From contig OZ320314.1 in NCBI GenBank assembly GCA_976226885.1, positions 89,218,001 to 89,282,000 of the forward strand: a stretch of DNA of 64,000 nucleotides, written 5' to 3'. A program made the translations under genes and the position numbers. This document shows, piece by piece, positions 1 to 10,594 of the stretch. The stretch's first letter is position 1. Every line of letters starts with the position of its first letter. The notes beneath the pieces are model-generated. The model had not been told where the DNA came from, searched no databases, and worked only from the letters and a program-made list of their open reading frames with translations. Source of the stretch: Iphione sp. A-MEVVRFRX5 (taxonomy: Eukaryota).

Positions 1-202
1 CCAATAGGTTTCTATGTAATTAAACTGCTGGCTAGGCAGTCTGTGGTATGACACCATTCACAACTTTTAAACGATTGCCTGATAGACAGTATAACATGTA
101 CGTATACGTGTAATTCATGAGGTCATCATTAGCCCTGAAAGGAGGTCGACTGTGTGTGTGTGTCAACTACATGTACATGTATTTCATGGTTTCTTGTCCT
201 TA

Positions 203-1836
203 GGCCAAAAAGTAGGTGTGTTTCTGGTAACCCATCCCTACCTAAAAATATTTTAGCCCCAAAGAGTTTCCAAGGTTAAATTTCCTTAGATATGTGTTTT
301 CACAGTAGGGGAAGGGTGGGTAATTTGGACCCCCTAAGAAAAACATGCTCTAAAATCAAAATGTCTAAGCCACTGTACAAAAACTTTGCTTATTTTGAAG
401 CAATAGGGGCTGTAGCATATTTTAACAAACTGGGGGAATTTTAGTTAGATTAGTCTTTGAGTAAAATGCAATTGAAAACTTTATATGACTGGTACAGTTT
501 ATCAAACAGGGAGGGTAAATTGGACCAGGTGCCATAGTCTGAACAGTCAGGTGTAAATTTAATCTAGGTCCTAGAATTGTAAGTCCCATGAACAACAGCA
601 TGGCTTTGAAAGGTTTAGGTCACTATTAGTTGTAATGCCAATGGATTTTGTGACTTCTACCATCACAATGTGTACAACAGAATGGGACCTACATTCCTAG
701 GGTATTAGATTCCTTTCATACCTGTTGCTGCAACTTTATAAACTGTGTGTACATGTATATCTAAAATGTTTCACTAAACATTTTAAAAACTGGAACAATT
801 CATTTGACAAGATAACCTCTCAGGCCTAAATAGGTCCTTGCACTAGTGACAGGAGCTTTGTTGATAACCTTCTTGAATACCTGGGCAAATTACCACATAT
901 CTATACTAGTTACCTTGTTATTAAAAGTCCAAAATATGTTAAAACCAAAAGTAAATAAATAAAAACCAATAAATGTTTCTCTATTTATTTTTTTAAATGA
1001 TGCCTTACAGTAGAAAAGGGTACATCATGGAGTTCCATAAACTTACACTACATTTACTGTCTTAGTTCAAAATAGATTGTTTTCATATGATAGCTCCATG
1101 TTGAGACCAAATACAGATACCACAAGGTTTCTCCAAAGCCTGCTTAACAGATAAAAGAAAAGGTAATGGTTGTGTAGGTAGATTGGACTGAGTCAGGTAG
1201 TTTGACCAGTGGTCCAATATACCCTCCCTAGAGTGGTCCAATTTACCCACACACCAATCCCCAGGAAAAATGTTTTCTACTCATTTTTGTGTAGATGACA
1301 GAGACTAAACTTGGTGTTAGTATTGCTTCTGAGTGAGACAGTATTGATATAAAGTTATGATAGGGGTCTATGTACTTTCTGTCTGCAACTGCATTGCCAA
1401 ATATAATTGGTAAAATTAGATCAGTGAGATGTAAAACCAATAATGTGTCTCAGCTTCGCACATGTTTTTTTAAAGCCACCATATTTTAGTTCTGAGACAT
1501 TGTGTAGTTATATCACTTATTGTTGGGTGGTGCTCATATTCCTTCCTTGCCTGAAAATCAGAGATCTGGATGTGGTCCAATTTACCCACTGGTCCAAATT
1601 ACCCACCTTTCCCCTATATGTGTTTAGTAAATTCAGTAGAAAAACAATAGAATCCATGGGAATTCAGCAAAGAACTGTAAAACTCATGTAAATTAGTCAA
1701 AATTCTTCATATTATCCTTAATATTATTGAAAACAAGAGGAACAAAGTTGGAAAAAATTATTTAAAAAAAAAGATACCCCCCTCCCTACCTAGGTTTTTG
1801 GCTGTCGTGACCAGAAACACACCTATTTTGTTGGCC
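203..1836. mobile_element. Non-autonomous TIR element (Tourist/PIF-Harbinger-like MITE) carrying a nested element
   Basis: Left end GGCCAAAAAGTAGGTGTGTTTCTGGT and right end ACCAGAAACACACCTATTTTGTTGGCC are imperfect inverted repeats; TTA flanks both ends (200-202, 1837-1839). Confidence 0.6.
308..1614. mobile_element. Non-autonomous TIR element with TA TSD (Tc1/mariner-type MITE), nested in the previous element
   Basis: TIRs GGGGAAGGGTGGGTAATTTGGACC and GGTCCAAATTACCCACCTTTCCCC, TA on both sides, internal copies of the GGTCCAATTTACCC motif. Confidence 0.7.
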
Positions 1837-4329
1837 TTAGGATATTAATTTAACCATCAGAATTTCTGTGGGGTTCATTTCAGGTCAAGGGGAACATCAA
1901 AGGCCTAATCAATCTCTTGATTCTTCTCGATGCCTGAAATGGCCTGTTGGGAGCTTCCAAACTAAATAAATGTATGAAGCCGCTACATTATACCAGTTTA
2001 GGAATGAACTGCTCTACGGATGTTACCTGTTTTTGTGGGTGTCTGATCTCAGACCTGGCTATTACTCTGCTTATTATATTGTGTAAGCAATTACTCAAAT
2101 TGACTGTCGACATCATAATAGGAATAGCATATAAAAGGAATTATTTGATTCCCTCCTGACCATGAGAAATAATGTAATATATACAGGTACACGTAGGTCA
2201 ACATAACTTATTCAACAGGCAGTATGCAATATCATATACCATGTGAAAGGCGATGAAATTCTGCTTTATTTCTAAGACTTTCTTTACTTTATTTGTTTGG
2301 TTACCATGGTAACTAAAAATATTACTCTTAGAAAGAAATGTTAAATTAAAAATGTGTGCAGCAAGTGACTTGCAGTCTTTTGATATATATATATATAATT
2401 TTATCATACATTGACCTGATAAGTTTCTGTCGTGGTTCAAATGACAATTAATAGAGGTATCCCTTGTGCTACGGAGACGGGTCAATGCAAACAAATTAGC
2501 GCCCCATTATCGTAAGCAGATTGTATGTCAATGTTTGTATGATGAAAGTACACGGATACATGCACATATTGCCAGGTCATGTCTATTTAGCTATATTATT
2601 ATGATGCGAGAGGGCCATAGAAAATAATAATAGTTTATTGATTTCAATAATCTTATATACAGTGGTCCCTCAGTAATGGACTCACCACATAACCGACAAT
2701 ACTACTTAACCCCCTGAGTTTTTAATAGGCATGTATGTTGAATTTCGACTATAATCTATTCCCACAACTGGCAAATCCCAAAGGGATGTGTCAGTTACAG
2801 AGAGACCATTGTATTTCCATCTTGTTCCAGTGTGACAAGAATTCACCAAATTCTCTTGTAATTTTGAAAATTAAAAGAGCAAAATAAAGGTCAGGATTAG
2901 CTGCATCTACTGGATACAGTTTTAGTGCTATAGCAGAGATTTCTAAAACTGATGTCCTGTTGCTAAATGGCAACTTCCAGCATTCCAAGAGTTGCCCTCC
3001 CACCGCTGAATTTTCCTCTGACATCTAAGTCAAGACAACGTTAGTCCCATGTGAAAATTAAAGTATCAAATGAGTTACAAGCCAGGATCCAAAACTAAAT
3101 AAAACGCAAACAAGGCATTTTAGAAGGTTCTAGAAGTTCCTCTTACCCCTATAACTTCACAACTGGCATTGTCTTTGATCTATCTCACACCTCCCCAAGG
3201 TGCAATATGATATGACACCAGCTAAGATGAGATGGAAACAAAAATATAGACACTTCCCATAGTATATTCAATCAAATAGTATAATCCTAATCAGTCAATG
3301 ATACTCCGTGTTTCTAAAGTCCACTGCCCCAGTCGTCCCAGTCAGTGTGGGCGTAAACGTTAAGGGTCTTCGAGACAAGCATCATTCTGAACTGAAGTGT
3401 CACCTTTGTCATATCCTGTGGAGACGGCTCAGGTCAAGGATTCACCTGTGTGATTCTAAGTGGAGACGACTTCAAGGCAAGCAGCAATCTCAGCTCAGCT
3501 CAGCTCACGCATCACCTGTCTCCAACGCTGAAGAGAAAACTGAGATACAAGCAACACTCTAAGCTCTGCAAAAGCTTTACCTATGTGATACCCTGTGGAG
3601 AAGACCTACAGACAAGCAGCACTCTCAGCTCAGCTCAAGTGTCACCTGTACCTATCCACAAAGTTTGATCAACCTGGAAGATAAGGCCTAATAAAAAAAA
3701 GTTCTATGTTTCTGGTAACCTGACTGACCCTACATTAGAGCCTATTGTAACTTTTTTTCTTGTTCTTGAATAACTTCAGGATGAGACTCATACAATACGC
3801 CATTTTGTTCCTTTAACCATTAGCTTTCATATGATATATATTTCATTAAAATCTAAGCACTAGAAATGACTATATACATTTGTCATCAGGACACATTAAC
3901 ATTGAAAAAAGGAAAAAAAGTGACCTACTGACGGACTCTCTTTTTTCAGCATTGTACCAAAACACTGAACTTTTTTATGTGAAATGTTTTGGGGCGCACT
4001 GCAAAATGCTTTAGCCACATCTACTTCAATAAGGTGAAAACTTATCGTCTACTCATAGGAAGTAACAGAGACAATTGACCATTGAATACCAGAATACAAG
4101 AATGTTTACTCATATCTCGACATTGGTCATGAGATCTTCCCATGAATATTTTAGTAGAACAATGTTAAGTGTTGTTTTTAGTTCAACTCAATATTATATT
4201 TTCTCATAGATCTACACATCACATTTGATAAAGTGACAGTGCGGCGATGAGTCAATTGGCTTTTCGGATGTTGTACATCTATCTTATGACTGATAACAAG
4301 TCCTAGTCCTACGGGCTTGCTTCTGTTCT

Positions 4330-4720
4330 TGACATATCCCTACAGAAGTCAGGGAGTTAAAAATACACATTAGACATCTGTCAATTCGTTCTCCTACAGA
4401 CTTATATCTTAGTAGTCTCTTCATATGAGTTCAGGTACAGTAATTCCTGACATAAGATTCTTCTCACTGAACAATTCACCTCGAGCTGCAGTCTTGTTTT
4501 ACTTGTTCCATGAGCCTAATGTAAAGACTATACCAAACTCAATTATTAGGAATATAAACGCCTTGAACAAAGTCAATCTGCTGTGTACTGGTAGCAGTTT
4601 ACTAACCCTTGATAACATACAGGTTTTTCGTGCATTTTTTTTACATGTATCTTGTAAAAAAATGTTTCCAATAAAGACTATTATCTATTGTTACACCAAG
4701 ACATATAAAACTCTTGTCTT
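4330..4720 (-). pseudogene. Degenerate LINE (CR1/L2-like) RT C-terminal remnant
   Basis: Minus-strand translation ...LSRVSKLLPVHSRLTLFKAFI... resembles the post-RT region of CR1/L2 ORF2; it contains stops. Confidence 0.4.
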
Positions 4721-4989
4721 GTTTTAACTTTCTTCCATTCAAATCAAGATTCAAATCAAAGGACTGAATATTGCGATAGCAAAAGACAAACGTACGCCGC
4801 ACTCAAGAGAAAAACAATGACAATGGAATATTATGAAATCTTAATTGATAGGGTTCTCTTAAAATTCTGCATATACTGTAGGTATATTCCTTCCTGACAA
4901 GACTCCTTCTGTCTAGGGGTCTGAGGCGACAGAAAATAAAACGGTCAAGGAGAGAGGCTGATTGTTTGTTTTTTTGTGAGCATGACTGG

Positions 4990-5300
4990 GGACTTTGAGA
5001 AGTATTTGGCCACAGGGAAAGTAGATAAGCGCAGCTACGTCTAGAACATGGGCATCAGTATACTTTTAATTACCTGGAAGGCCAACAAGAAGACATGGAT
5101 GGCAGCAACGTTCTTTGGGGTCTGGCTGATCCATTTTAACCATATGAAGGCCAGGGGAAATATAGCACTGATGCTTGATAATGCACCTCCACATCCCAAG
5201 GACATCAGGCTCAGCAATGTGAATATCATTTAGCTCGCAGTTAATGCCATCAGTGTCTTCCAGCCTCACATTGACAAGGACCAGGGGAGAGGATGGCAAT
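4990..5300 (+). pseudogene. Tigger/pogo-family DDE transposase remnant
   Basis: WKANKKTWM...ALMLDNAPPHP...LSNVNII matches the pogo/Tigger DDE_1 consensus (x-NxxAWM; LLLDNAPxHP); frameshifted. Confidence 0.7.
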
Positions 5301-6186
5301 AAAGTCAAAGACTGGTGGCGCCAGCCAGCAGGCAGAGGAAGAGAAAGATGAGGCAGAGGATAATGATGCAGGGATGCAGCCTATGACAGACAAGGAATTC
5401 ATGGATTCTTTGTCTAGTATGCAGAAACAATGTGCCTCCAAGGGACAGTCATCTGGCACAGACACGTCTCTCTACCTCCTCGAACATGTAGAGTGATGAA
5501 AACACCAGGACCAGGATGCAGAAGACTGCCTTATAAACCATCACAGCTTTCTTCAAGACGTCATAAAGCTCAATCCATTGTATATACCCAAAGACTTCTA
5601 ACTATTTAAATCCATTTGCTCTGGTATTAATTCATAGCACGTTATTTATCTACATGTATTCACAGCACATTTTATATCCATTAAGTTTATATAATAAAGG
5701 CTTTAAACTGAGCAGGTGGGTTGCATTTATATATTGAAAAAATTGTAATTATAGTACATGTGTACTGTGACATATATTGATAGTCCGAGAGAGCATAACC
5801 TAAAAGATATTGGCTAATCTGGACATCTTGCTCTCCCGATGGTTTTAGCTCAGACTCTTACTTGACCCGATTATAGAGATTCTTCTATACATCGGGCATA
5901 TCCAGCTTTCCTTGAGGTGTGATCATGGACATAATTAAGCCTCATGTCACCAATAACATTTTAAAATAAAAGAGGCTGCATACCATCATGATTTGAAATA
6001 TAAATGTAGGCACGTTACCATTAAATTGATGCATATATTTATGTCAGCTTCTATCTGTACATTATATTTCAATTTTTATCGTACACGTTGGAAGTTGATG
6101 TTTTCAATGGAGAAGATAAAGGGATCACCACGTCAGTTTGTCCACAATGTTATGTTACAGCAATAAAACCTTTTAAATGTACATCT

Positions 6187-6399
6187 TGTTGGGCTCCGCC
6201 CGGGTTTGTGTCATGTTCCACCCTGCAGAGTGTTTTCGTACCGGATTTATTCTGATCTCGTGGGGACTCCGCCCGGTGTTGCATTCATGTATAAATAGGA
6301 GCCGGGCGGAGTGCCGTTGGTCATTCACTTCTTGCATGTTGAGGAATAAACCTTTAAAAAGTGTACCAATTTGTCATGTCTCTTCGATCGGGGCGAACA
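6187..6399 (+). repeat. 5' LTR of Gypsy-1
   Basis: TGTT...AACA termini, TATAAATA and AATAAA inside; about 7 substitutions against the 3' LTR by manual comparison. Confidence 0.97.
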
Positions 6400-6401
6400 A
6401 T

Positions 6402-6419
6402 TGGTGGCAGCGGTGGGAT
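6402..6419 (+). promoter_or_regulatory. Primer-binding site for tRNA-Leu
   Basis: TGGTGGCAGCGGTGGGAT is complementary to the 3' end of eukaryotic tRNA-Leu(AAG/TAG) (...ATCCCACCGCTGCCACCA). Confidence 0.85.
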
Positions 6420-6447
6420 CTTCCCTCCGGGGAGCTCGGCGGAGTCA

Positions 6448-7622
6448 ATGAGACTCCGGGCGGAGGTAGCTGAACCAGGGGAGTCTGGTGAAGGAGCGGA
6501 GTTCGCCGTAGTTTGGCCGGACTCCGCCCAGTTCCGCCCGGAGTCCGCTCTGACTCGTGAACCGCCAGAAGAAGGAAGCAGTTGTTCCCCGGAGAGTGAG
6601 GATGCCCCACATGAAAGGGGAGTCGAACCAGAAGAAGAGGAAGAAGGGCCAACACCGGCCCTGGGCTCCGCTCCCCACGCCCCGGCCGACGGTGACGTAG
6701 GAAGTAATGACCCACACCTCGGTAGAGGTGCCGAAGAGGAGGAGGCAGAGGCGGCCACTCCGCCCCCCTTGTGGACAGGATTCGTGGAAGGGCTATGCTC
6801 TGCGCTCCAGCCTGAGAGCAGTCGGAAGGGTCAGGTGAAACCGGACACCTACGATGGCAGCACCCCACTCCGGGATTTTCTTCAGCACTTCGAGCTAGTG
6901 GCGCTCGCCAATCACTGGACGGAGGCAGATAAGGCCCTACAGCTAGGGATCACGCTCCGGAAGTCAGCACTGGCGGTCCTGCGGAGTACCGGAGTGAATG
7001 TGGAGCAGGCGGGGGCGTACCAACAGATAGTGAGTGCCCTCACGGAATGCTTCCAATCCAAGCACTAGACGGATGCCTACATCCAACAGTTAAAGGAGCA
7101 GCGGCAGGAGAAGTCTGAAGCGCTGGCGGACCTGGCTGATGAGATAGAGCGTCTGGTCCAACTAGCTTACCCGGAGGCAAAGGGCACATGGAAGGATTGG
7201 ATGTGCCAGGAGTACTATGTGGGAGCCCTCGCCAATGAGAAGGTCCGGAAGTGGGTAACTCAGGCCCGGGTGTCCACCTTCCGTGAGGCCCTCTCGGCTT
7301 CGCAGGTTGCAGAGTCCTATTACCAGAACAAGACGGATCGGGGAGGTCCCAAGAAGGTGCATAAGCTGGAAGCGGTGGGGCAAGCTCCCACCCCCCTGCT
7401 ACGGCGCCGAAGAAGGAAGCTCCACCCGGTGGATGGGAGCACTTGGAACAGCTGTTGCAGCAGTTGTTGGCAGGACAGTCAGAGGGTAATAAGGAGAACC
7501 AGCGGCCGGCAAGTAAGAAATGCTTCAACTGCGGCGAGTTGGGGCACTTCAAGCTGAATTGCCCCAATCCCCCCAAGGAACAACCGTCGGGAAACGGGGG
7601 AACGGCCGCCCCCCAACAGTGA
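6448..7622 (+). pseudogene. gag: gag of Gypsy-1 (one premature TAG and one frameshift)
   Basis: KPDTYDGSTPLRDFLQHFELVALANHW capsid-like motif; CCHC knuckle CFNCGELGHFKLNC near 7520; TAG at 7066-7068; G GGA AAC slippery heptamer at 7589-7595 at the gag/pol overlap. Confidence 0.9.
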
Positions 7623-9720
7623 GGGTGGCAGCCGAGGAGAAGCATGGTGGTGAAGAGGGCGCACTGGATGAACATCTATGGAAGTTGCGCCTGGAGGCGG
7701 GTGAAGAGGTGGTTCTGGAGGGAGAACAAAATCGAGGGATGAACATCGTGCTCCCCAGCAAGGTGGCCGGCCGGGCTCCGTTGTATCACAGAGCTTCAGA
7801 GTTTCGTCGGCCTCTGCTCCTACTATCGTAGCTTCGTTGAAGGGTTCGCCGCGGTAGCCGCCCCCTTACATGAGCTGCTGGAGAAAGGCAAGGAGTACCG
7901 TTGGACCCCGGACTGCCAGCAGGCGTTTATCATCTTGAAGGCAAGGCTAGTCTCCTCCCCGGTGTTAGCCTACCCCTGGCCGGAAGGACAGATGACATTG
8001 GACACCGACGCCTCTGCCGCTAGGCTGGGGGCGGTACTCTCGCAGGAGCAAGACGGGAGAGAACGTGTGTTGGCCTATGCGAGCCGGAGTCTTTCTCGCC
8101 CGGAGCAAAATTATTGTGTGACCCGAAAGGAGCTATTGGCAATGGTGTTTGGTCTACGCAAGTTCTGCTCATACGTGGGGGGCCAAAAGCTGGTGATCCA
8201 TACAGACCATAGCTCATTGCGCTGGCTATGCCACTTCAAGGCCCTGGAAGGCCAGCTCGCACACTGGTTGGAAGAGGTACACTGCTACGACCTGGAGATC
8301 ATCCACCGACCAGGCAAGAAACATGGTAATGCGGATGGCCTCTCGAGGCAGAAATGCCTACAGTGTGGGAGAGAGCCTATGGAGACGGAAGAACTGGGGC
8401 AGGTGGCGGCTGTGTCCGTGGAGCCGGCCGAAGAGGATACTCTGAGCCATGCCCAGAAACAGGATGGCAGGGTGGGGCCATACTGCGGGCTCTCGAGTCA
8501 GGGGAAACGATTCCCCCACTAGGCGGAGGAGATGAACGAGAGGAACGTTGGTTGAAAGGAGAGACACCTCGGTTGGAGATAAAGGGGGGCCTCTTGTGTC
8601 GTTGATGGGAGACCGAGGATGGAGCCACCTGGTATCAGGCCTATGTACCCGAGGGATATCGATTCCGCGTCTGGCGGGAGGTCCATGCCGGCGCCCTAGG
8701 GGGGCACCTTGGCCCTGAGAAGACTGAAGGGGCCCTTCGACGCAAGTACTGTTGGCCTGGGTTGGCCCGTGATGTCCAGCGGTGGGGGCGGGCATGCCTC
8801 CCTTGCCAGAGGAGACAAGACCCTGCCCAGCGGCATCAGGCCCCATTGCAGCTTCGGGTAGCCCCCGCTCCCTGGGAGTTCGTCGCAGTGGACGTGTGTG
8901 GCCCATTTCCCGAGACGGTCAGGGGAAACAAGTATATCCTTGTGGTGGCGGACCATTTCACCAAGTGGACCGAGGCTTTCCCCGCAAAGGAAGTAACAGC
9001 AACGGCCACAGCTCAGATTTTGTTACGAGAAGTCATCTGCCGGTTCGGACCCTGCGGGTTCTTCACTCGGATCAAGGAAGAAACTTCGAGGCAGCAGTTG
9101 TCCAGGAACTGCTACAGCTCCTCGGGATTCAGCGGTCTTGAACTACCCCCTACCACACCCAGAGTGACGGAGTGGTGGAGAGGTTTAACAGGACCCTCCT
9201 CGGCATGTTGGCCAAAGTGGTGCGCGAAGACCAGTCTGACTGGGACGAGAAAATTCTGTATGTCCTCGCTGCCTACCGAGCCACACCCCACCGTACAACA
9301 GGGTTCTCTCCAAACTGGCTTACCCTGCAACGAGAGACAACCCTACCTATTGAGTTGATGGTAGGGTCCCCGGAAGAAGAACGGCGGTCGGTGACTGAAT
9401 ACGTGGAAGAGGTCCACCACCGTTTTGTAGAAGCACATCGGACGGTACGGTGGCATCTACAGAAGGCCGCTGAGCATCAGAAGGACTGGTACGATAGGAA
9501 GGTCAGGCCCCAGGAGTTTGACGTCGGGGACCGGGTGTGGCTCTACAGTCCAATCAAGAAGAAAGGACGCTCCCCTAAACTGCAAAGTCGTTGGCAAGGG
9601 CCTTGGGAGGTCCAAACTAGGCTGAGTGCCGTGGTCTACTGGATCAAACGGGGACAACGTCACAGGGTAGTACATGCCGATCTTTTGAAGAGAGCCGTGG
9701 AACCAGTGGAGGACGAGGAT
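7589..9720 (+). pseudogene. pol: pol of Gypsy-1: RT thumb/connection, RNase H and integrase; protease and RT palm missing
   Basis: SFVGLCSYYRSFVEGFAAVAAPL, LDTDASAARLG, VLAYASRSL, TDHSSLRWL; integrase VAVDVCGPF, SDQGRNFE (frameshifted), VERFNRTL; GPY/F motif SPKLQSRWQGPW. No DTGA or YxDD motif is found. Confidence 0.92.
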
Positions 9721-10269
9721 GCGGAGGTGCTAGAATCAGAATGCTACAGAGGGAGCCGGGCCAAGGAGGCCAGGAAGAAGACCGGAGCCGATTTCCGGTG
9801 CCCCCTCCCCGCTGGTACAGGCGGGCCCAAGGATAAAGCTCTAGACCTCTGCTCCCTGCCCCGCGCCCCCCTCCGGCCGTATGGATTCCCCAAGGGTGGG
9901 TGGATCTGGTGGCTGCAGAACTTCGTATCCTGAGCGACCGGACTTGCCGAGCTCTCCAACTCCTCTACCTCCAGCGACCACCGCACGCGATGAGGGGGCG
10001 GGCCGGCCCAGTCCTAGGGTTCTACAGGGCCGTGAAGAGACTGCTTGGTCTACGGAGAAAATTGCAGCAGCGTTATGGGTGCCGGGCCACTAACCACTTG
10101 GTTCAGGTCCTGTGGAGGAAACTAGGAGAACGACGGCATCCAACTTGGAAGAGGCGCATAGTCGGCGGAGTTCGCCCTAGGCTCCGCCTGGAGTCCCCTC
10201 GCAGTCAGCGGAGTCCGCCTCGACAGCTGACTCCGGGCAGGAGAATTACCGCACTCCGCTCGGCATCGA

Positions 10270-10339
10270 CCAATCAGCACCAAGCGCAGGAATGCTGGCC
10301 CAATCAGAGACGGGCTGAGTTCTGGGGCCAAGGATATAA
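10270..10339 (+). promoter_or_regulatory. Candidate internal Pol II promoter for ORF3
   Basis: CCAATCAG at 10270 and 10300 (30 bp apart), TATAA at 10335, GC boxes upstream; ORF3 ATG at 10595. Confidence 0.55.
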
Positions 10340-10594
10340 GGAGGCGGCACTCAGGAGGCCGTTCGTACTGTCCACTGCCGCGCTCTGCCCCGCCTTCGAA
10401 GTGTTCGCTGGGCCTCACCGGAGTACGTTCCAGATTGTCCGCTGCCCGACGGCCGAGGCTGCATCGCTCCGCTACCGGAGTACGCCGAGAGTTCTCTTCA
10501 GAACTCACCTGGGCTATCGGAGTCCGCTACTCCACTACCGGAGTTCGCCCAAGCTACCAGAGTCCGCCCTGTTGAAGCCCGGGCGGAGGACAAG

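Noticed and set aside
1860-3030. Possible minus-strand host exons near 1900-1960 and 2960-3024
   Set aside because: Plausible acceptors exist, but I could not build a coherent gene or recognise a protein.
3308-3668. ORFs with repeated SQLSSAQ-like peptides
   Set aside because: Produced by a degenerate DNA repeat (CAGCT units); stops in all minus frames; no recognisable domain.
7066-7068. TAG in the middle of Gypsy-1 gag as programmed readthrough
   Set aside because: It aligns with a Gln in Gypsy-2 gag (CAG to TAG) and is not at the gag/pol boundary; a point mutation is simpler.
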